From the NCBI GenBank assembly GCA_965197585.1, contig OZ240215.1, positions 2,144,001 to 2,208,000 on the forward strand: DNA of 64,000 nucleotides, read 5' to 3'. The notes beneath the pieces are model-generated. The model was given only the letters and a program-made list of their open reading frames with translations. It was not told where the DNA came from and ran no database searches. Shown here in pieces: positions 1 through 10,314 of the stretch. This DNA is from Dehalococcoidia bacterium. GTDB lineage: Bacteria > Chloroflexota > Dehalococcoidia > Plut-88900. Within the stretch, counting starts at the first letter, position 1, and each line of letters begins with the position of its first letter. A program made the translations under genes and the position numbers.

Positions 1-371
1 CCATGAGAGCGGGTGCCGACTCCGCCGGACGCCCGACACCCCCGCTAATCGCTCACGCCGTGGTCTCGGTCCACGAAGACTACGACGATGTCAAAGAGGC
101 TGCCCTGGAAGAGATGGCATACTATCCCACCGCTCCCTTCTACCAGCAGATGTTCGCCCTGGCCGGGTACCCCGAGGCAGAAGAGCTGAATGGCTGGAGC
201 GACCGGATGCTCAAGGAGATCGTGATATCCGGCTCCGAGGATGAGGTCGCACCAAGGCTGGAGCAGTTCTTCGACACAGGCGCCGGAGAGGTGCTGGTCT
301 CCATCATCCCCGCAGGCCCCGACAAGCGAGCCTCGTGGGAGCGGACGGCCAAACTCCTCGCGAGTCTTTAG
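1..371 (+). CDS. LLM-class flavin-dependent oxidoreductase, C-terminal part (truncated by window edge)
   Basis: C-terminal pattern 'IVISGSEDEVAPRLEQFFDTGAGEVLV' typical of luciferase-like monooxygenases. Confidence 0.7.
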   Translation, partial: MRAGADSAGRPTPPLIAHAVVSVHEDYDDVKEAALEEMAYYPTAPFYQQMFALAGYPEAEELNGWSDRMLKEIVISGSEDEVAPRLEQFFDTGAGEVLVSIIPAGPDKRASWERTAKLLASL

Positions 372-1552
372 TCTTCCCAGTAGGGTGTGTAGCCGGCCGT
401 GGTGAGCTGGTCAAGACCCGTGGCCGTAACCTGGTACATGTCCTCGACCTTGACGACTACGGTCTCCCCGTTCACCTCCACCGAGGTCTCAGGCTCCAGG
501 CAGATCACCATTCCCTCTTCAAGCTGCGCGTCAACCATCATCATGTCCGGGCGATAGATGATGGGAAGCTCGCAAGCCCGAAGCCCTGTCCCGTGGCCCA
601 GGGAGTAGGGCGTTGTCGGGTAGCCGGACTTTGCCAGCAGGTCGTTGACTGTGCGGTCCAGGTGGGAGACGCGGACGCCGGGCTTGGCCTCGGCCTCTGT
701 GGCCCGGTGGGACTCCATCAGCACCTTCCATGCCTTCTGCACGGGCGCGGGAGGCTCACCCACGAAGCCCGTCCTGCACATGTCGGATCCGTACCCGCCC
801 TTTACGTAGCACCCCCAGTCAAACGCCATCGTTCCGCCTTCCTCCATCTTGCTCCCCCTCGGAAACCAACCGGCTGTCAGCTGGCTTTCACCCTTGATGC
901 AAACGTTATGGGTGATGAACTCGGCGCCCTGGGCCCGCATCGTACCGTCAATGGCCGACAGCACCTCGAAGTCCAGCGCGCCTTCCTGCATGGCCTTCAG
1001 TCCTGCGTCCCCTCCCATAGATGCAATTTCGGCGCTGGAGCGGATCAGCTTGATCTCCTCCGAGTGCTTCACTTGTCGGGCAAGGGCCAGTGGCATGTAG
1101 GCATCCAGGAACGTGGCCTCCGACATCATGCGTTTCATCCCATCCCACAGCTGGAACGGCATTGCGTCGACCCCCACCCGCCGTGCCCCGAGGCTTCTCA
1201 GCTTGCGCGAAAGGATGTCGACCCAGATCTCGGCCTGGGTGATGCTGGAAACCCACGAGGGAGTGGGTACGAACTCCTTGATCCAGGGCAGGTTGGGCAT
1301 TGGCTTGTCTACCACGCGGTCGACATAGGGAATGTATAGGGAAGCCTCGCCTTCCTGCGTCACAATCGCCGCGAACCAGTCGTAGGATTCGCAGATCAGG
1401 AAGACGCCAAAGTCCGTGGCATATCGGATGTTGTCGTGGCCCATGAGGACGAGGGCGTCAACGTTGGCGTCCTTCATCACCTGGGCAACCCTCTCGGTGC
1501 GGTACTTGCGAAGGCCGTTCCAATCGATATCCGGGTAAGAGTACATGCTCAC
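368..1552 (-). CDS. M24 family Xaa-Pro peptidase/creatinase-like protein
   Basis: Creatinase N-domain 'DALVLMGHDNIRYATDF'; metal-ligand motifs FDWG, SDMCRT, GHGTGL, LEPE, KVED. Confidence 0.85.
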   Translation of the reverse strand: MSMYSYPDIDWNGLRKYRTERVAQVMKDANVDALVLMGHDNIRYATDFGVFLICESYDWFAAIVTQEGEASLYIPYVDRVVDKPMPNLPWIKEFVPTPSWVSSITQAEIWVDILSRKLRSLGARRVGVDAMPFQLWDGMKRMMSEATFLDAYMPLALARQVKHSEEIKLIRSSAEIASMGGDAGLKAMQEGALDFEVLSAIDGTMRAQGAEFITHNVCIKGESQLTAGWFPRGSKMEEGGTMAFDWGCYVKGGYGSDMCRTGFVGEPPAPVQKAWKVLMESHRATEAEAKPGVRVSHLDRTVNDLLAKSGYPTTPYSLGHGTGLRACELPIIYRPDMMMVDAQLEEGMVICLEPETSVEVNGETVVVKVEDMYQVTATGLDQLTTAGYTPYWED

Positions 1553-1670
1553 CTCCCGCCAAGTCTTTCTGCCGCTATTCTAGGGCTTTTCGACGCCGGG
1601 GGGCTAGGCGCGCGGTGATACACTAGCCCCCGAGACCGGTGCGATACCTCAAGCGCTAAGGAGCATCCAA

Positions 1671-2675
1671 TTGAACATGGAGGAGCGGGCCCAGACCATC
1701 TACAACGACGCCATCGCCATCGATGGGCTGAACATCAGCAACTGGGAGAGCCCGGCTGTTTATCAAAGCCTGAGCAACGGCAACCTCACGGCCATCAACG
1801 CCACAATCGCCGTCTGGGAGGGTTTCGAAGAGACTATGGACCACGTGGCAGGCTGGAAGCGCCGCTTTCGTGAGATGCCAGACACCCTATCCCAGGTCCG
1901 GTCGGTCGACGACATTTTGCGCGCCAAGGATGATGGGAAGGTGGGGATAATTCTCGGGTTTCAGAACGCCTCTCCCATCGAGAACAAGCTCGACAGACTG
2001 GAGCTCTTTCACGACCTCGGCGTTAGGGTCATCCAGGTCACCTACAACGAAAGAAACCTGTTAGGTAATGGGTGCTGGGAGCGCACAGATGAGGGCTTGA
2101 GCAACTTTGGGGAAGACGCCGTGCGAGAGATGAACCGCTTAGGCATACTCATCGACCTCTCCCACGTCGGTGATCGTACTACCCTGGAAACGGCAGAGTT
2201 GTCGGATAAGCCGGTTTCGGCCACCCACGCCAATGCCCGCTCCCACTTCGAGCACGTCCGCAACAAGACCGACGACGCCCTCAAGCTCATCGCCGAGAAG
2301 GGTGGCGTTGTCGGGGCCAACGCGTTCCCGCCCTTCCTGCCCAAGAGCTTCGAGTCGACCCTATCCGACTACGTGGACGCAATAGACGACCTCGTGGACA
2401 GAATAGGAATCGACCACGTTGCCATTGGCACCGACTACACCCAGGACCAATCCAACTCCTTCTTCGATTGGCTGTTCTCGCAGCAGGGCACCAAGATTCG
2501 TCCCCGCCCCGTTCCCTACCCCTCACCCCTCCTTCACCCCAAGGGTATGGAAACTCCCGACCGATTCTCCAACATCGCCCTTGAGCTCCTGAACCGGGGA
2601 TACAGCGAAGAGGACATCAGGAAAGTACTGGGTGGTAACTGGGTGCGGTTGCTGCGGGAGGTCTGGGCTGATTAG
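1671..2675 (+). CDS. M19 membrane (renal) dipeptidase family protein
   Basis: 'ILGFQNA', 'QVTYNERN', 'EMNRLGILIDLSH', 'RNKTDD', 'DHVAIGTD', 'VLGGNWVR'; AAGGAG RBS upstream. Confidence 0.9.
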   Translation: MNMEERAQTIYNDAIAIDGLNISNWESPAVYQSLSNGNLTAINATIAVWEGFEETMDHVAGWKRRFREMPDTLSQVRSVDDILRAKDDGKVGIILGFQNASPIENKLDRLELFHDLGVRVIQVTYNERNLLGNGCWERTDEGLSNFGEDAVREMNRLGILIDLSHVGDRTTLETAELSDKPVSATHANARSHFEHVRNKTDDALKLIAEKGGVVGANAFPPFLPKSFESTLSDYVDAIDDLVDRIGIDHVAIGTDYTQDQSNSFFDWLFSQQGTKIRPRPVPYPSPLLHPKGMETPDRFSNIALELLNRGYSEEDIRKVLGGNWVRLLREVWAD

Positions 2676-2845
2676 GCTTTAGTCGGCGGGCTTGACGCGT
2701 TGCGGGCACTGGAGTCCGCGGACACGGACCGCGGAGGGGATTAGGTCCAAATGATTTAAAACTGCCGGTCCAGGCGTAGGCGACGGCAGCAATCTAGTCC
2801 AGACCGGCAAATAAGCCGGCACTATACCTCTTAGGCGGTCAGTCC

Positions 2846-4075
2846 TTGATACAAAACGCTCCACCTACCGGGCGGCGCTTGCTGGTGATAGGCTCCCTCA
2901 CATCGGGCCACGCCATCAGCTTCTCCACAATTATCACCATTGGGCTGCTGCTGCCCTACATGACCGCCGATTTGGACTTGTCTCCATTGGAACAGGGGCT
3001 ATTGGGTGCCTCGGCAACCCTGGCGGTACTATTCCTGAGCATACCCACTGCCTGGGTTGCGTCGCGCTACCGGCCATGGAGAGTCGCTAGCCTGGGATTG
3101 ATCATCGTCTCCGGATTCACGTTGTTGCAGGGCTGGGCCCCGGGCTTCGCTCTCCTCCTCCTGGGAAGGCTCGGCATGTCCATAGCCTTTGCCCAGACGG
3201 AGTCCGCGACCGCGTTGCTTGTCCAGCAATGGTCGACGCGCAAACAGGTCGCACCGACCAACGGCATGATGATCTCAGGCGGTGATGTAGTCATCGGCAT
3301 CGCGCTCCTGCTAACACCCTTTCTCCTCGATTGGCTCGATGGTTGGCGAAACGTCATGTACATGTGGGCTGGCCTTAGCTTTCTAACTGCCATGGCGTGG
3401 GTGGTGCTTGGAGGGGAACGCCAGACCCCCGAGTACCTCGAAAGGTTCCGTTCCCAGCAAAGCAACCCCTTGGCCAGCATTATCAAATACAAGGAGTTGT
3501 GGATTCTGGGTGTGGGTATGGCGGGTGGAGTCGCCATGGAAAACGCTTTCGGCATATTCTGGCCGACCTTCGCACAGCAGGATATGTCAGTCGACCCCAA
3601 GATTGTCGGGCTTGGGATGGCCCTGTACATGTTCGCCGCCGCTCCCGCGGAGCTCTTTGTGGTGTCCCTGTCATTTCTCCAGAAAAGGCAGTTGACAGTG
3701 ATGGTGGTGACAGGAGTCTTTACGATGGCCACCCACATCGCACTCCTCTTCACCGGATCGGAGGTCCTGGTAGTCCTCATCAACATATTCCGGGGTTTCT
3801 CGATCTGCTACTTCCCCGTGATCATCACTATGGTCTACCAGCTGCCCGGCATCCGACCACGAGAGGTAGCCGTAGGGCTGGCGTTCATATATACCGTAAT
3901 GAACGCTGGCGCGGCGCTGGGCCCGCTCGTAGTCGGGGGCATAGTCGAGGTAACTGGAGACCTGCAGGCCGCCCTGTTTGTCACTACGCTCTTCCCACTG
4001 ACGCTCCTGGTAGCGCCGTTGCTCCTTAAACCTAGGATGAACAGTCGCATAGCAGAAGACTCTGCGCCGGCTTAG
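2846..4075 (+). CDS. MFS transporter
   Basis: About 12 hydrophobic segments in 409 aa; 'LLLGRLGM' and 'GAALGPLVVGGIVEVTG' MFS-like motifs. Confidence 0.8.
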   Translation: MIQNAPPTGRRLLVIGSLTSGHAISFSTIITIGLLLPYMTADLDLSPLEQGLLGASATLAVLFLSIPTAWVASRYRPWRVASLGLIIVSGFTLLQGWAPGFALLLLGRLGMSIAFAQTESATALLVQQWSTRKQVAPTNGMMISGGDVVIGIALLLTPFLLDWLDGWRNVMYMWAGLSFLTAMAWVVLGGERQTPEYLERFRSQQSNPLASIIKYKELWILGVGMAGGVAMENAFGIFWPTFAQQDMSVDPKIVGLGMALYMFAAAPAELFVVSLSFLQKRQLTVMVVTGVFTMATHIALLFTGSEVLVVLINIFRGFSICYFPVIITMVYQLPGIRPREVAVGLAFIYTVMNAGAALGPLVVGGIVEVTGDLQAALFVTTLFPLTLLVAPLLLKPRMNSRIAEDSAPA

Positions 4076-4143
4076 GCAATCGGTATCCCCTGCGTGATAT
4101 AGTCCCCCTCATACTTACTTAACTATTCCCTTGGAGGCGCGCA

Positions 4144-4542
4144 ATGAGCGATATCGATAAAGTACTGGAATCTTGCAAGACCGTCGCCATAGTGGGCCTC
4201 TCCCCCCGCCCCGAGCGGGACAGCAACGGAGTAGCAGTATACATCCAAGAAAAGGGATACCGCATCATCCCGGTAAATCCATCGGCCTCGGAGATACTGG
4301 GGGAGAAGTGCTACCCGGACCTAGCCTCAATCCCGGAGCCCGTGGACGTGGTCGACATCTTCCGCCGCTCAGAAGAGGTCCCAACCATCGTCGCCGACGC
4401 AATAAAAATCGGCGCCCGGGCAGTGTGGATGCAAAAAGGCGTGGTCAGCGAAGAAGGCGCTGATCTGGCCCATACCGCAGGGCTCACCGTCGTCATGGAC
4501 GAATGCATGGAATGCGAGGTACGGGCTCGAACAGGGGGTTAG
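4144..4542 (+). CDS. CoA-binding protein (YccU-like)
   Basis: 'TVAIVGLSPRPERDS', 'GYRIIPVNP', 'VDVVDIFR', 'AVWMQKG'; GGAGG RBS. Confidence 0.9.
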   Translation: MSDIDKVLESCKTVAIVGLSPRPERDSNGVAVYIQEKGYRIIPVNPSASEILGEKCYPDLASIPEPVDVVDIFRRSEEVPTIVADAIKIGARAVWMQKGVVSEEGADLAHTAGLTVVMDECMECEVRARTGG

Positions 4543-4587
4543 TTCGGGGCAGGGCACAGTTTACCCTAACTACTTGTACGTATTCAG

Positions 4588-4974
4588 TCAGGCGGGCTCA
4601 ATATCAGTAAGGGCAAAGTCCGAGCCCTTGAATAACAGCGGTTCCCGCGTTGTTTCTGCCAACGCATAAGCGAAACAGTCACCAAAGTTTAAGCCTGCGG
4701 GATGATTCCCCTTGCCGAATCGCCGCCAAGCCCGTCGTGCGGCCTGTGCTTGCTCGGGAGTAACCGACACCACTTCTATTGGCCCTCTGTCTAACAGCAC
4801 GTCCAACTGATGTCCGCCCACCACTCCCGCACGGCTTTCTACAACTATCGTAGATTCCAGTAGGCTAGCAGCTGAGATGCGGCACTGAGGAGCATTGGCT
4901 ATTGCCCTTTCATACCTCCCAGCATCCGGTTCACCAAACAAGATTGCCAGCAGGGCAGATGAATCCACGATCAT
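4588..4974 (-). CDS. vapC: VapC PIN-domain toxin
   Basis: 'MIVDSSALLAIL..EP', 'LNFGDCFAYALA', 'LLFKGSDFALTDI'; overlaps upstream antitoxin by 4 nt. Confidence 0.93.
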   Translation of the reverse strand: MIVDSSALLAILFGEPDAGRYERAIANAPQCRISAASLLESTIVVESRAGVVGGHQLDVLLDRGPIEVVSVTPEQAQAARRAWRRFGKGNHPAGLNFGDCFAYALAETTREPLLFKGSDFALTDIEPA

Positions 4975-5228
4975 TTGGGTAGCCCATGCTCATCGTAGAG
5001 GAAGTCGCCATGCTCTATAGCAGAAGGCCCATCCTTAAGTAGTGCTGCACAGCGTTGCCCGATTGCATGGAGCTCCTTAACTCGTTCCTCGACGCTACGC
5101 TCCCGCGTCTCGCGCTCCAAGCGCTCCTTCAGAGCCACTGTAATCGCCCCCGTCATCGTCTCGCCGGTTAGATGCGCTAACTCACTGGCTAGCCGGCATG
5201 TCTCTTCGTTTTTTATGTTAAGACTCAC
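4971..5228 (-). CDS. vapB: VapB antitoxin (Rv0623-like)
   Basis: 'MSLNIKNEET.RLA.ELA..TGETMT.AI..AL.ERLER' and C-terminal 'LYDEHGLPK'. Confidence 0.9.
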   Translation of the reverse strand: MSLNIKNEETCRLASELAHLTGETMTGAITVALKERLERETRERSVEERVKELHAIGQRCAALLKDGPSAIEHGDFLYDEHGLPK

Positions 5229-5399
5229 GACATTTCCTTTAGGGTAGAAAGCATAGCAATGATTCTACCATATCACCAACCGGTCAACCGAATTCCACTA
5301 TCACCTCTCTCGAATCCCCCTCCCCCCAATTGACACCACCACCCCGCTAAAGGTATGTTTTGTGCCGTTTCCGGCCCGTGCCCTGGGGACGACCTAGCC

Positions 5400-7061
5400 A
5401 TGCCTCAAGCAGACGTCATATTCCATAATGGCCCCATCTTAACCGTCGACGCACAGGACACGGTCTCTCAGGCTGCGGCGGTGACCGGCAACAAGATTTC
5501 TGCCGTAGGTTCTGCGGAAGAAGTGCTGGCGTCCAAGGGTGATGGTACCCACGTCGTAGACTTGGCCGGTCGGGCCCTCGTACCCGGCTTCAACGACGCC
5601 CACACTCACCTGGAACTCACGAGCCTGGGCCTCGGGCTCGCCGTCAGTTGCCACACCCCACCCCACGAGAGTATCGAAGACATCCTCGCCACCCTGAGCG
5701 AGCACGCCGCGGGCGTGCCCAAAGGCGAGTGGATAATCGCCCAGGGCAGCCTCTTTCAGGACATGCGCCTCAGGGAAAAGCGCTACCCCGACCGGCACGA
5801 CCTCGATCGCGTCAGCGTCGATCATCCCATCCTGTTCAAGACCAGCTACCACATGGTGGTAGTCAACAGCAAAGTGCTGGAGATCGCAGGCATAACCTCG
5901 GATACCCCCGACCCTCAGGGAGGCATCATCGAAAGAGACTCCTCCGGCGAGCCCACGGGCCGCATGAAAGACATGTACCACCGACTCCCGGTACCAATGC
6001 CCGACTACGAAACGGTCAAGGGCGCCATCCGGCGCACCGTCCACGACCGTTTCCTGGCCAACGGCGTTACCACGGTCCAGGAGATGTCCGAGACCGTGTC
6101 GGGCCTCGGGGCGATGCGGGAGCTCATAGACTCCGGCGAGATGCCCCTCAGGCTGAGCGTCTATATCCACGTGCCCGGCACCCTGCCCCTGGACAACGTG
6201 CTGAATAACGAGATCGGAGACTTCGAGTTCGACGATGCGTGGCTCAGGCTCGGAGGGGTCAAGCTGTTCATTGACGGCGGGTTTTCCGCAAGGGCCGCCG
6301 CCCTCCGAGACCCCTACGAAGGCTATCCGGATATCACCGGAAAGCTCGGCTACGAAGACCGGGAGCTCAGGAGGATCGTGCGCAAGGTACACCGGGCTGG
6401 GCTCCAGTTGCGTATGCATACCAACGGCGACCGAGCCATCAAGCAGCTCATCGATGCATTTGAGACGGTGTTCGGCATTCCGGCGGGCGTCGGAGAGGAC
6501 TGGCCCTACCGGCACCGCGCCGAGCACGTGGGCAATGTTCTTCTCCGCGATGACTTGACCATCTCGCGGCTGGCAAGCGCCAAGATTCTGCCGGTACCCA
6601 ACCCTGCGTTCATCTACAGCGTCGCCGAGTTTGTTGCCCCATATCTCGGCCCGGAGCGCAGCCATCCTTCATTCCGATTCAGGACCCTTTTGGACGCCGG
6701 TTTCCGAGTTCCGGGCAGCTCGGACTGCACGGGCACCGACCCCTGGCTCGTCAACCCCATGTTCGGCATCTGGTGCATGGTCAACCGTCGCACCTACTCC
6801 GGGGACCTGCTGGAACCCGAGGAGAAGGTCTCCGTCGCCGAGGCCATACGCATTTACACCTACAATTCCGCCTACGCCGAATTCCAGGAAGAGGTCAAAG
6901 GATCCATCGAGGAAGGGAAACTAGCCGACCTAGTGGTGCTGGACCGTGACCCGATCACAGCGCCGGAAGATGAGCTAAAAGACATAAGCGTCGACCAAAC
7001 GTGGGTGGACGGCAAGCTAGTTTTCAGTAGAGATCCTAATAAGGAGAGCAGCAATGGGTGA
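5400..7061 (+). CDS. Amidohydrolase 3 family protein (YtcJ-like)
   Basis: 'VPGFNDAHTH', 'GVKLFIDG', 'MHTNGDRA', 'HRAEH', 'KGSIEEGKLADLVVLD'; ATG at 5400 preferred to 5355. Confidence 0.9.
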   Translation: MPQADVIFHNGPILTVDAQDTVSQAAAVTGNKISAVGSAEEVLASKGDGTHVVDLAGRALVPGFNDAHTHLELTSLGLGLAVSCHTPPHESIEDILATLSEHAAGVPKGEWIIAQGSLFQDMRLREKRYPDRHDLDRVSVDHPILFKTSYHMVVVNSKVLEIAGITSDTPDPQGGIIERDSSGEPTGRMKDMYHRLPVPMPDYETVKGAIRRTVHDRFLANGVTTVQEMSETVSGLGAMRELIDSGEMPLRLSVYIHVPGTLPLDNVLNNEIGDFEFDDAWLRLGGVKLFIDGGFSARAAALRDPYEGYPDITGKLGYEDRELRRIVRKVHRAGLQLRMHTNGDRAIKQLIDAFETVFGIPAGVGEDWPYRHRAEHVGNVLLRDDLTISRLASAKILPVPNPAFIYSVAEFVAPYLGPERSHPSFRFRTLLDAGFRVPGSSDCTGTDPWLVNPMFGIWCMVNRRTYSGDLLEPEEKVSVAEAIRIYTYNSAYAEFQEEVKGSIEEGKLADLVVLDRDPITAPEDELKDISVDQTWVDGKLVFSRDPNKESSNG

Positions 7062-7476
7062 TCAAGAGGAGCGAGGCCCCAACCACATAAAGAATTATGA
7101 GCTCGGGCCCATGCAGCCCTACGGCAACTACCCCCAATCTCTACTGGACACGTTCAGAGTGAAATCGCTCCTGAGCCCCGGCGCTCACCTAAACACGGAG
7201 GACGCTCACGCCGGCCTGCTCGAAATAGCCCCGGGCACCGACTACGCAGCTCACACTCACGCTTGGCCCGAGGCCTATTTCATCATCAAAGGGACCGCGG
7301 ATTGCGTCTGGGGCGAGGACTCCTTCACCGCTGGGCCGGGCACCGTGATTTACGGCGGACCCTTTACATCCCACGCCATGGTCATCACCAGTGAAGAACC
7401 CCTGCTCACCCTGATCTTCAGTTGGGCCCCAGGCGGCGACAGAAGTGTCTTCGATGAAGATGGAAAACTAATCTAA
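7054..7476 (+). CDS. Cupin protein resembling the DMSP-lyase-type cupin family
   Basis: 'LEIAPGTDYAAHTHAWPEAYFIIKG...SHAM...EPLL...W.PGGD'; AAGGAG RBS; overlaps upstream gene. Confidence 0.65.
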   Translation: MGDQEERGPNHIKNYELGPMQPYGNYPQSLLDTFRVKSLLSPGAHLNTEDAHAGLLEIAPGTDYAAHTHAWPEAYFIIKGTADCVWGEDSFTAGPGTVIYGGPFTSHAMVITSEEPLLTLIFSWAPGGDRSVFDEDGKLI

Positions 7477-7500
7477 CCAACCTGGAAAAGTAATCGGCAA

Positions 7501-8520
7501 ATGAAATTCAGCTACTACCTGCCCTGCTACTACACGGACAAGTCCAAGCCCGCCTCCGAGCTCTACGCCGAGGCCGAATACCAGGCCCAATACGCCGAGG
7601 AACTCGGTTACGACGCCATCGTCATACCTGAGCACTATTTTATGAACTACCTGGCCTGCCCGAACTTGCTGATGTTCGCGGTAAGGATCTCGCAGTTGGT
7701 GAAGCTGAGGATCATGTCGGCGGTCATCCCCATCCCCTTGTACCACCCGCTCAGGCTGGCGCAGGACATTGCCTTCGCCGACGTGCTGTCGGGAGGCAGG
7801 CTGGAGATCGGGCTCGGGCGCGGTGCCTTCGTCCACGAGTTTGAGCGGCTGCAAATACCCCGTGACCAGAACCGGGCCATGTTCAACGAATGCCTGGACA
7901 TCATGATCAAGGCCTGGACGTCCGAGCAAGATTTCTCCTACGAAGGAGATTTCTGGCAGTTCCCGGATACCACCGTCCTCCCTCGACCCCTCCAGCAGCC
8001 CCACCCCCCGATCTGGATGTCGGGCCAGTCCGACCTCTCGGTCCAGTACGCGGTGTCCCACGGTTACAAGCTGATGAATACCCCGTTGCGGAGCGGGTTC
8101 GAGGCCCTGGAGGAAACCTACGAAGTCTACTCCGACGCCCTGGACGAGTGGGGCAGAACGGAAGAGGAGTGCCCGCTCCTGATTCTTCGTAACGCCTTCG
8201 TCTCCGAGGACAAGGACGTCCTCGAACGGCAGGCTCAGAACCTGCACCTCAACCACCAGCAGTTTGTTACCGTGTACACGGGCCCGAGCGTTGTAAAGGA
8301 AGGCATGATTGAGCCGCAGAACGTCCCCTACGAACCGTGGGAGGTGTTCGACAACGTCATAAGTGGCACACCCGACGAGGCGATTCAGAAGCTTGAACAG
8401 TATCGAGACCTGGGGATCAAGTATCTCTGCGTGAACATGGGCTTTGGCGGCAGCCACGAAGAAGTGATGGATTCCATGCGCCTCTTCTCCGAGCACGTGA
8501 TGCCCCACTTCCCGGACTAA
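7501..8520 (+). CDS. LLM-class flavin-dependent monooxygenase
   Basis: 'AEELGYD..VIPEHYF', 'HPLRLAQDIAFADVLSGGRLEIGLGRG', 'PRPLQQPHPPIWM'. Confidence 0.92.
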   Translation: MKFSYYLPCYYTDKSKPASELYAEAEYQAQYAEELGYDAIVIPEHYFMNYLACPNLLMFAVRISQLVKLRIMSAVIPIPLYHPLRLAQDIAFADVLSGGRLEIGLGRGAFVHEFERLQIPRDQNRAMFNECLDIMIKAWTSEQDFSYEGDFWQFPDTTVLPRPLQQPHPPIWMSGQSDLSVQYAVSHGYKLMNTPLRSGFEALEETYEVYSDALDEWGRTEEECPLLILRNAFVSEDKDVLERQAQNLHLNHQQFVTVYTGPSVVKEGMIEPQNVPYEPWEVFDNVISGTPDEAIQKLEQYRDLGIKYLCVNMGFGGSHEEVMDSMRLFSEHVMPHFPD

Positions 8521-8990
8521 CCTATCCTAATGCCCTGACCCAACCGTCTAAAGGCGCAATCCCATTACTTCGCCTACGCCCTGGCCGTTCCTCTTGACAA
8601 GGCGATTGGGTTCAGTGGGAAACTACCGACGCAACATGCCCGACGTTCTCCTCGCTAACTCCATAGGAGATGGAGAAGGTGAGTTCCTCTTCTTCAGCCA
8701 TCCCAGCCGCCCGTCTCACGGTCCTCTATCGTCGCCCCGATCACAGATACTCCTAGCGGACCCAACTCCTCGCGGCCTTTCTCATGGGAGGCCAACTGCA
8801 CCCTACCGTAGTAAGGTCACCACTCGCCCCTATAGAACAGCATGGCAATCTAAACTCCGAATCAAGGCCTGAGAAACGGAATGAAATCCAAATCTTAGTA
8901 CAACTTAGTAGTGAGTCTGGTCGTGTATAATGCCCAACGGAAGCCGAGCCCCGGAATGGGTGTATTTCAAGCGTGACGAGGGAGCAGGCC

Positions 8991-10301
8991 ATGACAAATT
9001 TGAAGGTAGTCCACTATCTGAACCAGTTCTTCGCCGGTGTGGGTGGTGAAGAGAAGGCCGACGTTGGCCCCGGAGCCCGGGAAGGCGCAGTCGGACCCGG
9101 CATGGCCCTGAACCAGGCCCTTGGAGACGCCGGTGAGGTCATCGGAACCGTCTACTGCGGCGACAACTACATCTCCGAAAACCCCAAAACGGCGACCCAG
9201 GAGGTCATCGAGCTTATATCTCAGTTCAAACCGGATATCGTGATTGCCGGTCCGGGATTCGGCTCCGGACGCTACGGGTTGGCCTGTGGTCAGGTATGCC
9301 TGGCAGTTAAAGAGAATCTCGAAATCCCTGCCCTTACCGGCGTCCACAAGGACAGCCCTGCCGCTGAGACCTACAAGGGTAAAGTCCTGATGGCCTCGAC
9401 CAAGGACTCGGCTGCCGGTATGTCCGACGCAATGGCCGTAATCGCACGGCTCGCCTCCAAGCTGGTCGACAAAGAAGAGTTGGGTCCGGCCATGGAAGAA
9501 GGCTACTTACCCACCGGTCGACGCGTTAACCGATTCTCTGACAAGACTGCCGCGGAACGGGCCGTAGACATGTTGATGCGCAAACTCCGGGGCGAAGACC
9601 CGAAGACCGAATGGCCCCTCCCCAAGTACGAGCAAGTTGCTCCCGCACAGGCCCTTGCCAGTGCCGGGAACGCCACCATTGCCATCGTCACTGAGGGTGG
9701 AATCGTACACCGTGGCAACCCCGAGAAACTGGAATCGGGCTGGGCCACCAAGTGGGTCAAGTTCGACACGGCGGAAGAGCCGGAGATGACCCCCGACAAG
9801 TTCCAGAGTATCCACGGCGGTTTCGACACCACCACCGCCAGCGCCGAACCCAACCGGATGGTTCCCCTGGACGCAGCCCGAGAGATGGAGTCCGAGGGGG
9901 AAATCGGCAAGCTCCACGACTACGTCTACAGTACCACGGGCAACATGGGGCCAATAGCCAGCTTCAAGCAGTTCGGGGAGGAGATAGCCGCCGAGCTAAC
10001 CTCGGCAGGGGTCCAGGGAGTGATCCTAACCGCAACCTGAGGCACCGGGACGCGTAGCGGCGCTACGCTTCAGAAAGAGCTTGAGAGGGCCGGCCTCCCG
10101 ACCGCTCTCGTAACCACCCTGTTCAATCTCGCAGAGGGAGTCGGGGCCAGCCGTATCGTCAAAGGCAAGGCCATCCCACACCCTCTCGGAGACCCGAGCC
10201 AGACCTACGAGGGCGAAAAGCAACTGCGTAAGGAGATGCTGAAGAAGGCCCTTGAGGCCCTGGAGACCGAGGTCGCATCGCCCACGGTTTTCACTACCTA
10301 G
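8991..10301 (+). CDS. grdB: Glycine/sarcosine/betaine reductase component B selenoprotein; Sec at TGA 10038-10040; 436 aa
   Basis: 'VVHYLNQFFAGVGGEEKAD', 'AGPGFGSGRYGLACG', 'IHGGFD', 'PNRMVPLD'; reading through TGA gives 'ILTAT-U-GTGTRSGATLQKELERAGLP...AIPHPLGDP...KALEALET' to TAG 10299-10301; hairpin downstream of TGA. Confidence 0.93.
10052..10068 (+). promoter_or_regulatory. SECIS-like hairpin of grdB
   Basis: GCGTAGC-GGC-GCTACGC, 7-bp stem starting after an 11-nt spacer from TGA; loop starts with G. Confidence 0.75.
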
Positions 10302-10314
10302 CAACCAAATCTGC

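Noticed and set aside
2680-2822. tRNA-Sec or SRP RNA
   Set aside because: No TCA anticodon arm or TTCGA loop; no SRP helix-8 consensus
8594-8872. 92-aa ORF upstream of grdB
   Set aside because: No recognisable domain or RBS; no glycine riboswitch consensus seen in this gap either
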